A program made the position numbers and the translations under genes. Below, piece after piece: positions 40,039-53,185 of a DNA stretch of 64,000 nt; the stretch's first letter is position 1; every line of letters starts with the position of its first letter. Under the pieces are notes generated by a model. The model was not told the DNA's origin. It saw only the letters and a list, made by a program, of their open reading frames with translations, and did not search any database. The DNA comes from Laetmonice hystrix (taxonomy: Eukaryota): assembly GCA_965235115.1 (NCBI GenBank), contig OZ249441.1, positions 4,402,001-4,466,000 of the forward strand. The letters run 5' to 3'.

Positions 40039-40621
40039 AACGGAGTCTGGAACAGCAATTATTTAGATCCATATTTTATGCCCACCCGGTATTATATAGC
40101 GACATTTGACATCACTCTTAGAGTAGATAAACCATCATCAATTCCTCCCGACCCTGTGAGATACTAAAACACATCTGATCATAACATAATTGGGTGATGA
40201 ACAGCCTGCATCTATATATTCTGTTCTAGGTAGGTTCGGTGTTATATCTGACTCGTATATCCTAGCCAGACTCCCATCTCTTGCCCTGGTTTCGTCCCCG
40301 GGCCCCGGTTTTACGCAATCTGTTTTTGTGGCTGTCATTACCACATGTTGTCTGGAGACCCCATCAGGTTGTCGTAAAGTAGATAGACGACACCTTATTA
40401 TGGGACCCCTGTTCCAAAGGGATCTTCACCTCTTAAAGTTCTTTTTTGTGTGTTATGGGGAGCAGACATTATTGAAATTGTCTGGTCGCAATCGGTAAAC
40501 AGTAAAAGTGAAGTTTATGGAACCTCTGGAGAAAATAGCCAGTGCAAGTCTTGTACCCGATTCAGGTAGAAATTGGGATTTTAGGTCTCAGCGAAAACTA
40601 GACCCGACCACCAGTCCTCCT

Positions 40622-42020
40622 ATCCAAATGATACACCATAGATACCTGTCAACCCAATGATACACCATAGATACCTTAACCGCAATGATACACCATAGAT
40701 ACCTGTCAACCCAATGATACACCATAGATACCTGTCAACCCAATGATACACCATACATATCTGCCAACCCAATGATACACCATAGATACCTGTAAACTCA
40801 ATGATACACCATAGATACCTGTAAACTGCATGATACCCCATAGATACCTTAACCTCAATGATACACCATAGATACCTGTAAACTCAATGATACACCATAG
40901 ATACCTGTAAACTCAATGATACACCATAGATACCTGTAAACTCAATGATACACCATAGATACCTTAACCTCAATGATACACCATAGATACCTGTAAATCG
41001 CATGATACACCATAGATATCTGTAAATTGCATGATACCCCATAGATACCTATCAACCCAATGATACACCATAGATACCTGTCAACCCAATGATACACCAT
41101 AGATACCTGTCAACCCAATGATACACCATACATATCTGCAAACCCAATGATACACCATAGATACCTGTAAACTCAATGATACACCATAGATACCTGTAAA
41201 CTGCATGATACCCCATAGATACCTTAACCTCAATGATACACCATAGATACCTGTAAACTCAATGATACACCATAGATACCTGTAAACTCAATGATACACC
41301 ATAGATACCTGTAAACTCAATGATACACCATAGATACCTTAACCTCAATGATACACCATAGATACCTGTAAATCGCATGATACACCATAGATATCTGTAA
41401 ATTGCATGATACCCCATAGATACCTATCAACCCAATGATACACCATAGATACCTGTCAACTCAATGATACACCATAGATACCTGTCAACCCAATGATACA
41501 CCATACATATCTGCAAACCCAATGATACACCATAGATACCTGTAAACTTAATGATACACCATAGATACCTGTAAACTCAGTGATACACCATAGCTACCTG
41601 TAAACTCAATGACACACCATAGATACCTGTAAACTCAATGATACACCATAGATACCTGTAAACTCAATGATACACCATAGATACCTGTAAACTCAGTGAT
41701 ACACCATAGCTACCTGTAAACTCAATGACACACCATAGATATCTGCCAACCCAATGATACACCATAGATACCTGTAAACTTAATGATACACCATAGATAC
41801 CTGTAAACTCAGTGATACCCCATAGATACCTTAACCTCAATGATACCCCATAGATACCTGTAAACTTAATGATACACCATAGATACCTGTAAACTCAGTG
41901 ATACCCCATAGATACCTTAACCTCAATGATACCCCATAGATACCTGTAACCTCAATGATACACCATAGATACCTGTAAACTTAATGATACACCATAGATA
42001 CTTGTAAACTCAGTGATACT
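40622..42020. repeat. ~29-bp minisatellite, ~49 copies
   Basis: Unit caatgatacaccatagatacctgtaaact. Confidence 0.96.
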
Positions 42021-42774
42021 GAATGTAGGCCGATGTTTGATCTGGCTACAGGAATGAACATATCTTAAATGCACGTGCCAGACGATTCTATGTTTTCATA
42101 TCCATGACACCTCGATCAAACACGTGATCTATTTCCTCACTCAACAGTTCCATTAAGTGAAACTTTGCTTCTTTCATATGCAAGGAGAAAAGGAACCAAG
42201 AAGGGAAGAAGAAACATGGAATTTATTTGTTTCGATAAAGCTAGTGGGTTCTGTTCCGTGCTGTTTTTTCCCCGGTTAGACGATGCAGGACGAGGTTGTA
42301 TCCGGCTCTGTTGTTCTGCTGGTGTCTCCCGAGAAGCTTATAGCAACCGACTTGTGTTAAATGATGGACTGAGCCGGCTTCAGTCGCATCCATTCTGGTA
42401 ACCATCGACCTGGTAGAACAATCCATCACTCATACCACACTAGTCTCACCCCCATGGATCACCCCGTCAAATCCAATCGCTTCACTCCGCCAAATTCGAT
42501 CGCTTTCAGAGTCTTTTTTTAAACTGTTCCTGACCTTTTGTATGTAGGATATTTTAAGTGTGTTTTTGAACCTTAAAATGGGATATAGAATAAAGCTTGC
42601 ATAATTTGTCACAATGACATGCTACTTAACACTGGCTGGCGTTATTTGCTGAGCTTTAATGCCTCTGGGGATCAAACATATACAGACGGTAAAACTCGAA
42701 ACACGTCTGGTAATTATTTCTCCCATTTATATTTATTATGAGTCGTTATAGCATATTTTGGAGTACGGTCGTGT

Positions 42775-42914
42775 NNNNNNNNNNNNNNNNNNNNNNNNNN
42801 NNNNNNNNNNNNNNNNNNNNNNNNNNNNNNNNNNNNNNNNNNNNNNNNNNNNNNNNNNNNNNNNNNNNNNNNNNNNNNNNNNNNNNNNNNNNNNNNNNNN
42901 NNNNNNNNNNNNNN
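42775..42914. other. Assembly gap (140 N)
   Basis: Run of N. Confidence 1.
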
Positions 42915-44419
42915 CTAGAGTTAGTCCAATATCCCGAGTACGGCGCGGATGAAGCACCCAGTCACGCATGGAAGGATGCGCCCACCTCGACGACCGATGG
43001 GACTATTTGGTAGCTGCTGCTCTCAGGCGGTATCGATGTGAGGGTTTTTTTCCGGGTGCATCCAAGGTTTGACCGGTCTTCTATCCGTCTCTCATGGCCC
43101 GAGAGAAAGGATCAGGGGAGTTGCACAAGGCCGCCCTGAACTGTCAGATATCGTAGACTGAGAAGGGATGTAAGCACGTGAAAGGCTAAATCTACTCCGC
43201 CTCTTCCCGTTCCAGTCAATACACTTCAGAGCGCGGACGCCCTGGAACTGTCGTTAATCAGTCGTTCAGTCCTTTATCTGTCACACTCGCTTTAACTGTC
43301 AAAATGATCCCCTTCCATATAAACTCAGCCAAATGGTGTTTGTGACTGAATATGGCAATCAGCCTTTGCTGGCATAACAAATGTTTGAATTACCGGAGAT
43401 TTGCACGCTGAGCGCCCACGAAAGTCTGTGAATAATGGGTGATGGCACCACGTGTGATATGAAATGCATCTTTTCAAAAATGGAATAGATTCGTTTAAAA
43501 GAATACACAATAGTCACATAAATGAATAAAGGTTTTGGTGGAAATTTATAATTAAAGCAAATCTAGTTTATTTTTCTTTTCAGGTTTTAGAAGTATATCT
43601 TTGACCTCATTGCAGCAGAAAATGAAGTGTTTCATAAATATAGCACATCAAAATGTTTCCGTGCAACAGCCTCAGTCTGAAAAATCGCGAAAATCGCTTC
43701 TTCTTCTTTTTCATTTTTTCAGTTCTTTTTTCACTCAGATAATTTTTTATCCTACATATCATTTACTCTGCATCTAGGCAATTTTGGACCCACTCTTTGC
43801 GACATGGTCATGCCCTGTGCTGGTCATTTTCCTGTTTTACCCAGCCCCACAGGTCAAATGTCCAGAATTGTTATCAAATGACAAAAACTCTAATTTGCTG
43901 CGAAGAGATTTGAACAACGGGACTGAAATTACTTCAATCCGTTCACAAGGTTGAGGCCATCCCGGGCTGCAGACTAATACAGTTGTTAGAAGTACACTGA
44001 GGAACAAGGTGGCTTCTAGAGCTTTGATCGTCCACTCGCATCCTTTCTCCACAAACACTTTTAGATTGAACCGAGACCTTCCATTGGTCATCAAAAGAAG
44101 CCACTATCCAGTAAGAAAACATTGAATACGGCTGACCCTCTTGTTCCTGGTGGGGGTTGTCTGCATAAATGGGTTTTACATTATAACTAAAACGTAACTC
44201 CATTAGAGACTACCGTTGTAGTTATTTTTGCGCTGTCATACCTGAACCATGCATTATCAACGCAGATTTCTCTCGTAAATCTGAGTACTCAACACAATCT
44301 ACTTTGTAATATGACACCGTAAAAACATAAAGGCGTGTGCAAAAGGACGGGCAAGGAAATAGTAGACAATGCGACCGAAACAGAACATGAGCGATAGAAT
44401 GAGAGGGGGGACTGACTGT

Positions 44420-44655
44420 CCGCTATATTCAGTATCAGAAGATAAATTACTGCCTCTATATTCAGTATCATAAGATAAATTACTACCTCTATATTCAGTA
44501 TCATAAGATAAATTACTATCTCTATATTCAGTATCATAAGATAAATTACTACCTCTATATTCAGTATCATAAGATAAATTACTACCTCTATATTCAGTAT
44601 CATAAGATAAATTACTACCTCTATATTCAGTATCATAAGATAAATTACTACCTCG
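44420..44655. repeat. 33-bp minisatellite, ~7 copies
   Basis: Unit ctatattcagtatcataagataaattactacct. Confidence 0.95.
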
Positions 44656-45602
44656 TGCCAATCCCCCATGAAAACACCCTCCCCCAGCAACCCCCCAGCC
44701 CCACCCCGACCAAAACCTCGAATGGTTATGAATTGTCCATGGTGGTGGTACCCAAACCGGAAGTAAGCGATCCTTCACGTATAGAAGGAAATGAACCAGA
44801 ACACACGTATAAGGAACGTGAAATTTATATACTATAAGTCTATGTAAAATGATACCAACTAATATACTACGCTTATATTTACACTAAGTGTCTTTCCTGT
44901 CCAACTTAGATTGTCGAAGTTTGTTAAGCTGTTCGGTCCGGGTCACATCCGGGTACTTATGGCCGTCTACATAATCACTTCCGCTTGGTCATTCAAGTCA
45001 GAACTATGGTCATCTGGCCTGCCTTCATTATCATGACAGTCGACGGTCGCGTGCTCCACCTATCTACAACGGCTATGTATGGAAGCCAGCGCAATTAGAA
45101 TGGGAGGCTGGGTAATATGTCACTTGGCATACGAGAAGAGAAGCACAATCAACGGTAGAAATAAGGACTAGACAATGAGTCGTTTGCTGTAGAGTTTGAC
45201 CGGAATGTCTGATGCGTGGGAACCCATATATGTTATGAATTACCGCCTATGACCAAAGAAGAGTATGGTCTGGGGTGTCCCAGGGGTAGGATCGCCATTT
45301 ATCCTGAGCGGCAGCATCTGGGTTGTCTGGAGCAATATTCTGAAACCAGAAACTGCTATTCAAAAACTACCGCTTTATTGTCAAGTTTTTATTGCCTGTG
45401 GACGAAGTAACTAAAGATAAACATTGTCCACAGTGCAGAGGGGCAAAGCTTACAGTGCTGGGCATAGTTCCACCAGAAGCCCTTCACAAGGGTAACGTAG
45501 GCACTGGGCCCGTGGAAGTTACCCCAATGCCCTTCCCTCTCGACTTTTCTGCCTTAAAGTTACACCAAAAAAATTCCTCAGATACTTAGCTTTGAACCTC
45601 AG

Positions 45603-45851
45603 GGACACCATGTTAAAATTTCAGGGTCGAGCGATAAGAGAACGTATGTTAAACGCGGAATGAAAAAATATGTCTCCGTTGGCTTCCACGCCGATTCTGC
45701 TGCCATACTCTGTGATCTCTATTATTAAATAGATTACCGCTAGTGCCCAACCCACGCTGGCTTGAGAAAATAGCGAACGGGCGCAGCGTAACTCGGAAAC
45801 CTAACTCATGTTCCACTTATCGCTCGAACCTGAAATTTTAACATGGTGTCC
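45603..45851. mobile_element. ~250-bp MITE
   Basis: 35-bp TIR ggacaccatgttaaaatttcagggtcgagcgataag / cttatcgctcgaacctgaaattttaacatggtgtcc, one mismatch. Confidence 0.8.
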
Positions 45852-48499
45852 TTGGTGGTTCAACGGTAAGTATCTGAGCGATCTCTGGTGCGACTTTAAC
45901 TGCTTCAAAAACAGATGTCGTGTCTTCAAGGTTCAACATCTAGATGTAGAACGATGAACGATGAACCACCATATCCTACCACTGTAGTTAGCCTATATGT
46001 ATAGTTGACGGCTCGAAGCTGGCAGAAACATCAGCCCAACACACCATGCGATGAGCGCACTAACTTAATTTGGTTCGACTTGACACTCGTGCTGTTGGAA
46101 TCGATTGAGGCATACATTAGAAAATGTCCTTCTGTGGGACTGGGAGTTTGGCGTGGTACTACGCTGTGCTTCAAGCGGGCAATGTCCGGTCTGGGCAGTT
46201 GTCGGTGGCCGCCGCACGTGGCGCTGCTGACGTCCTGTCAGCGGGTCTAGCGACAGAAAGTGCACAACCTGGAGCAGGTTATAGCAGCGCTGCTCCTGTC
46301 CCTGCCCTGCCTGCCGTCAGCTGCCACTTACAGGCATTCCGTGCACCCACCGCCTGCCCGCCGACCTCCCCCCCCCCCCCGCCTCCAACCCTGCCCCAAC
46401 CTCTCTCTGTACGACAACGTGTCGGTGGGGGATGCGACCAGGGTGGTGGGGCAGCGACACCAGAGCCACCTAGCGTCAGCCAGCGAAGCGCTGCCGCCGC
46501 AGTTGCCGGAACCAACGGCAAAAGGCCGTGACCCCGCCACTCACGGCAGTCTCCCTTCACGCACACACCATGCTTCCACGCACACAGAGTTCTGGGCACC
46601 CAACACTGGAGGAACGGAAACCAGTAGTGGCAACATGATTCTCCACCCTCCTCCAGCGGCATTTTTCTCCCGGACACCTCACACCAAGCTTGCTGGAGAC
46701 ATGGATGTTCCACTCTTTTCTTTGTCTACAATATTCTGTGCCAGAGATTGCGCTATTGGCCTGCCTCGCTGGGATACTGCAGCGCTCAGCCGGTTGTTGG
46801 AAAATTAATCTTATTAGTTTTTTGCGGGATACTATATCTGACAAACACCTCATGTGCGTGCTTCCAATTAGTGGACCGGAGTGCTATTACATGGAGACTT
46901 TATCTAAGGGTAAGTGAGATATTTACATCTATCTATTCTAGGATTAAAGCTTTGTATCCGTAACGGCATTAGAAAAACTATACGTATACACATTGAAAGG
47001 GTATATGTTGCATGGGAAGAAAATTATTAGGTTTTTTTGGTTAAATAGGTTTTGGAAGATGATATCAAACTGGCACAGACATGATAACATTCTCCATGCG
47101 CCATTTTAGCACATAGACAAAAGGGAGGATTATGACTTAAAACTTATGTTACTTGAGTATGATTTAAAACTTATGTTACTTGAGGAGTATGACTTAAAAC
47201 TTAGGGGGGTTACTTGAAGGAAAGGTTGACCTCAGTAGGCCTGCTACCAATCATTATTAAACCTATTATAATGAATATATCCCACTTTATTTTATAAATC
47301 AATACAAAATCCCTAAAGTGATATGTCAGGACTACAAATAGACTATAAATAAAAGCTGAAGGCGTCCCAGACAAAATGGAATTAGTTACCTAGACAACAA
47401 CCCAACATATCAATTGTACGCAGGGAGACCTCCCACTTTCACATGGTCGCTGAAACCTTGCAGTGGTTTGACCTTTGCCCACGTATGGATTTTTAAAAGG
47501 AGATTCCCGACGTACACACCATGGTCAGAGTCAGCGGCTGCTGTTTCATTTCCAGTGTGATTGCCTTGCTGTCCAATAGAGTTAGCTGTAAATCAGGCCC
47601 TGGTGTCTCTCTGTCGGCGTTTGAAACGGCACGCCGGGATTCCCGTACGTCGTACATGAAGACCAGACAGATACTCGGACAGTATCATGCACCCAGGCAG
47701 TGCTAACGATTATCCCGAATTATTGCCGAATTCCTTCGGAAATTCAGGTTCCCTTTTCAAGAGATCCTGAATCGGGGGGAAAGTGAAAACCTACAGGAAT
47801 TCCAGACACCATTTCCGTCATTTTCGTATTTGAAATCCACATATCTAGAGCCATGTTTAAATATAGGCTTATCAAAAAAAAAATTCTACATAGCTATAGC
47901 TACATCAGTCGACAGTCCCTAGCCTACTTCTCTTTGTAGGGCCTACATTAATTCCTAGTTGATTTTTTTAAAACATCAAAGAAAGTCCTTTTGAGTCCTA
48001 CTAAAGGCTTGTCTGGTCATTGAGCAAAGCAGTGGATTCAAATTCTAATTGTATTTATGAAGCGAAAGTCGTTCAGACGAGATGGGGCGAGGTAAATTTA
48101 TTATTAAAAAGTTCTTGTGATACTAGTGTTGTGTTCGAATGGTAATATAATGTACTTAATGCAATATCACCTCATGCAAAAGCACGAATAGAACACAGAA
48201 TATTTGCCTTGTGTTATTGCGCCTGGCGCTGCAATTCAAATAAAAAGCCAAGGATGGGGCATGGTGACTCCGAGTTTCAGTTCCATTAGCTATAGGAGAC
48301 CGTCCCGCGACTTGCTGGAGACTTGTTATTGAATCTATATTAAAAAAAGTAATCTTAGCCAGTGAAAAGTCTGGTAATTTCACCAGTTAGTTTGCAGCGA
48401 GCCGTCTGCTCACTAGTAGATCTAGTAGATCGCGCTCCCACAATGACAGCATTGATTATACCACCTGGCCATAACCTAGAGTCAGGCTATACCTGCATG

Positions 48500-48770
48500 C
48501 TGGTATGTCACCGCTGTAACCCAGAGACAGTTTATACCCGCTGGTATGTCACCGCTGTAACCCAGAGACAGTTTACATACCCGCCGGTATGTCACCTGGC
48601 CGTAACCTAGAGACAGTTTATGCCCGCTGGTATGTCACCTGGCCGTAACCTAGAGACAGTTTATACCCGCTGGTATGTCACCTGGCTGTAACCTAGAGAC
48701 AGTTTATACCCGCTGGTATGTCACCTGGCTGTAACCTAGAGACAGTTTATATCCGCTGGTATGCCACGTA
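48500..48770. repeat. ~43-bp minisatellite, ~6 copies
   Basis: Unit gctggtatgtcacctggctgtaacctagagacagtttataccc. Confidence 0.92.
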
Positions 48771-48889
48771 ATTGTCCCTAATCAACAGTAGTCCTTCTAC
48801 ACAATGGTAGCGCGGTTTCATCTATTGAACTTGTAGCAATGTTAATATATCGAAGACAACTTAGAGAATACGTACCTAATTATCAATCA

Positions 48890-49295
48890 ATATAAACGGA
48901 CAGTGTCTGTCCTACCAATAGTTCGGTGTATAAACGGCCAGTGTCTGTCCTTCTACCAATAGTTCGGTGTATAAACGGCCAGTGTCTGTCCTACCAATAG
49001 TTCGGTGTATAAACGGCCAGTGTCTGTCCTACCAATAGTTCGGTGTATAAACGGACAGTGTCTGTCCTTCTACCAATAGTTCGGTGTATAAACGGCCAGT
49101 GTCTGTCCTTCTACCAATAGTTCGGTGTATAAACGGCCAGTGTCTGTCCTACCAATAGTTCGGTGTATAAACGGACAGTGTCTGTCCTTCTACCAATAGT
49201 TCGGTGTATAAACGGCCAGTGTCTGTCCTTCTACCAATAGTTCGGTGTATAAACGGCCAGTGTCTGTCCTTCTACCATACTATAGTTCGGTGTAA
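48890..49295. repeat. 38-41-bp minisatellite, ~10 copies
   Basis: Unit ataaacggccagtgtctgtcc(ttc)taccaatagttcggtgt. Confidence 0.95.
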
Positions 49296-49375
49296 TAAGG
49301 AGAAACAGAACTACCAAGCTTTCACTGCTTTGACAAGCAACAATATCTTTCACTATTTTACTAGTATTTTACTTG

Positions 49376-49649
49376 GATCTGGGGCCGGTTGTTTTGTTTA
49401 CTTTTCCACCGTGAGCAAGGCTGAGCTGAGCTGAGCAAGGGTGAGCAGAAGCTCATGCTCACCGTTTTGCTCAATGTTTTCGTTTTTTGGGTGTTTTTCC
49501 GCGAGCTTGCTCACCATGAGCACGCCTCATGGAAAAAAAGCAACCCCAAAAACACGAAAACGGTGAGAATGAGCTCATGCTCACCCTTGCTCAGCTCAGC
49601 TCACCCTTGCTCACGGTGGAAAAGTAAACAAAACAGCCGGACCCAGGTC
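49376..49649. mobile_element. Foldback / long-TIR MITE
   Basis: Inverted arms of ~95 bp (ccggttgttttgtttacttttccaccgtgagcaagg... / ...ccttgctcacggtggaaaagtaaacaaaacagccgg). Confidence 0.8.
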
Positions 49650-51207
49650 TTACTTATGTTGATCCTAGAATGCCGCTGATCCTGTTAATCAGTATCGCCA
49701 TTCTCACGTAGCTCCTAAAAGCAAGGAAACAACATCGCTTCCGGTCCTGTGGAGCTTGCCACGATAATGACGTTGGCGGTCGTGAATCATTCATCATACT
49801 CTCGAGTTACACCGAGAACTAATACTTTTGAAACTTGATCTAAATCAATCCTTTACATAACGCCAAAAGTTGTGGGCATCTGATCCGTTACCAGCCGCAC
49901 TTGTGTGGCAGACAATGACTGAGGGATCGGGCGCCACAAGAGATATACCCTATAGGATGACAATGGTTGGCTTGAAAGGATCTCGAATTGGACGAATAAT
50001 ACTCATTCAATTTGAAACAGAATTACTAACCACGAAACGTCAGTCTCCGAGCTGGAGTCTCCTTTGAAATTGCAATTGGGATCCCATCGTGCTCTGTTCA
50101 TTTGCCTGTGGTGGTGCGGTGGTGAGACGCCGTCGCCAGACTTTCTTGAGGGCCAATAATAGGTAAAACACGGAAAGTATTGATGACTTGTAATGTAAAT
50201 GTTGTATAATGTTTCATCTCAGACTTGAATTGCTAAAATGTTTCTTCACAAATTTCCCATCTTTTCCACAAGAAATGCATTTTCTGACCTTAATTAGCGG
50301 ATGTTATTAAAGTTATGTCCAACCTAATAAAGTTTCGGAGGTTATACAGCCTGTCGACAGTATTCCAGCCATATTCAGAGCGAAAATAATACTTGCTCAG
50401 CCGTTGGACCTTGTGTCCGAGTCCGAATTGAATGGTGGAGAGGATGAAAATGGGCAAGGGTCTTTGGTTTCTGAGCTTTAGTAGCACAGACACATCTGGG
50501 CAGACCAACCACTGGGGAGGGCTAATGACAGAAAATGGTCCTGGACGGATCCAAAACCATCTAAACCACAGGCATGTCTAAGTGTACGATTCTGGCTACT
50601 CTAAAAACGGCGCGGACTGACTACACACTGCCTAGTTCGTGCCTCTTGTCCAGTCATCTTTTGGAATCAGTTTTTGGAGAGGACTTTGTTAACACAGTGT
50701 AGTGAAGGACTCTATATGAGGACTCGGCCCTTTGTCAACACAGTGTAGTGAAGGACTCTATATGAGGACTCGGCCCTTTGTCAACACAGTGTAGTGTTCG
50801 AAGGACTCTATGAGGGTCCGGCCTTTAGGTCTCGAGCCAAAAGGGACCCACAATTTATTTCCACGACATTACTGTTTTAGAGTTCACCTCAGACTCTTCC
50901 ACGGTAACAATGTTCTTTAACCGTCCTGTATCTCCTGGCACCCTCAGATGTAAGGGGGGGGGGCAACTTCTAGATGAACCCATTTTTAAAGCATTAGACC
51001 CAAAAAGTTATCATGATAATCAAATTTATCTGAAGAGGTTCCCCACTATCTTTTGTGGAATATCACTCGCTAATATGCATAGAATTTTAGATCTATTCCT
51101 TTTAACTCTGTATCCACTCCGCCCCCCGCGGACTGCCTTAGTCTGAACCCAATTATCCGCATCACTATTAGCATGTCGGCTGTTTCCGTCCCTTTCCGGC
51201 TGCTCAG

Positions 51208-51219
51208 AGCGGCGGCGGC

Positions 51220-51293
<74 letters not shown>

Positions 51294-51312
51294 CAGCAGC
51301 AGCCAGCAGCAG
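51208..51312. repeat. (GCG)n(GCA)n trinucleotide microsatellite running into a gap
   Basis: About 4 GCG followed by ~29 GCA-type units. Confidence 0.97.
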
Positions 51313-51563
51313 NNNNNNNNNNNNNNNNNNNNNNNNNNNNNNNNNNNNNNNNNNNNNNNNNNNNNNNNNNNNNNNNNNNNNNNNNNNNNNNNNNNNNNNN
51401 NNNNNNNNNNNNNNNNNNNNNNNNNNNNNNNNNNNNNNNNNNNNNNNNNNNNNNNNNNNNNNNNNNNNNNNNNNNNNNNNNNNNNNNNNNNNNNNNNNNN
51501 NNNNNNNNNNNNNNNNNNNNNNNNNNNNNNNNNNNNNNNNNNNNNNNNNNNNNNNNNNNNNNN
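51313..51563. other. Assembly gap (251 N)
   Basis: Run of N. Confidence 1.
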
Positions 51564-52194
51564 CGAGGCGACCAGAGAATGAGCTAGGATACTGCACAGT
51601 TTATTAGCGGGTCCGCGTTGACGGTCACTCTAGGGACGTTCCTCATCAACCTCTGACCCCTCCTCCCCCCTTCCCCCACCCCCACTCCCCAGCCAACCCT
51701 TGGGCCCCCAAACCCATGCATACACGTAAGGCTTCCACCAAAATTATTTCCACGAGTTCCTACTGCCATGGTTGGACAAGACGTCACACGCCGTTATCCG
51801 GATAAGTACGTCATAGCTTAGGCTGAGACCTGGAATGAGTGTCAATAGCTGACATTGCCATTCAACGTCAAAATCACCTTGCAGATATTCATACCCACAT
51901 CTTTCTAGATTGGTCCATGGTGTAAACGCACAGAATTGATGCCAGCCTAGGGCCAGGTAAAAGAGAAACCTTAGTTCGCGTCTTTTTTATTTGCTCGGTC
52001 AGACCTTTGGGGGTTACAGATACTCAAACAGAGAGGCCCTGCAGGTACAGGTATGTCAAGACACCGCAGGGAGGTTACCAAAAAAAACAAATAAAACTGT
52101 AAAATAGTAATTAAAATCTTTGATAATTGTGCATGGATGCTAACCAACATTTTCTTTACTTGGCCTAGTTGTGCTTTGTGAATCAGGTGTGAAT

Positions 52195-53185
52195 GATACT
52201 GGGAACGAGTGTGGAGAAAATCAGTTTAATCAGTTCCCCCCCCCCCCCCGCCGTACCGCCTGAAGTCGTCGATACTGGGGGCGAGTGTGGAGAAAACCAG
52301 TGGTGGTTTAATCAGTCCCCCCCCCCCCCGCCGTACCGCCTGAAGCCGTCGATACTGGGGGCGAGTGTGGAGAAATCCAGTGGTGGTTTAATCAGTCCCC
52401 CCCGCCGTACCGCCTGAAGTCGTCGATACTGGGAGCGAGTGTGGAGAAAACCAGTGGTGGTTTAATCAGTTCCCCCCGCCGTACCACCTGAAGTCGTCGA
52501 TACTGGGGGCGAGTGTGGAGAAAACCAGTGGTGGTTTAATCAGTCCCCCCCCCCCCCGCCGTACCGCCTGAAGTCGTCGATACTGGGAGCGAGTGTGGAG
52601 AAAACCAGTGGTGGTTTAATCAGTCCCCCCCCCCCCCCCGCCGTACCGCCTGAAGTCGTCGATACTGGGAGCGAGTGTGGAGAAAACCAGTGGTGGTTTA
52701 ATCAGTTCCCCCCGCCGTACCGCCTGAAGTCGTCGATACTGGGAGCGAGTGTGGAGAAAACCAGTGGTGGTTTAATCAGTCCCCCCCCCGCCGTACCGCC
52801 TGAAGTCGTCGATACTGGGAGCGAGTGTGGAGAAAACCAGTGGTGGTTTAATCAGTCCCCCCCCCCCCCGCCGTACCGCCTGAAGTCGTCGATACTGGGG
52901 GCGAGTGTGGAGAAAACCAGTGGTGGTTTAATCAGTTCCCCCCGCCGTACCGCCTGAAGTCGTCGATACTGGGAGCGAGTGTGGAGAAAACCAGTGGTGG
53001 TTTAATCTGCCCCCCCCCCCGCCGTACCGCCTGAAGTCGTCGATACTGGGGGCGAGTGTGGAGAAAACCAGTGGTGGTTTAATCAGTTCCCCCCGCCGTA
53101 CCGCCTGAAGTCGTCGATACTGGGAGCGAGTGTGGAGAAAACCAGTGGTGGTTTAATCAGTTCCCCCCGCCGTACAGCCTGAAGT
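52195..53185. repeat. ~75-bp minisatellite with variable poly-C tract, ~13 copies
   Basis: Unit ccgtaccgcctgaagtcgtcgatactgggagcgagtgtggagaaaaccagtggtggtttaatcagt(C)n. Confidence 0.95.

Noticed and set aside
42280-42360. VVLLVSPEKL as a RecQ/Academ helicase motif
   Set aside because: A stop follows six codons later and no other helicase motifs are nearby.
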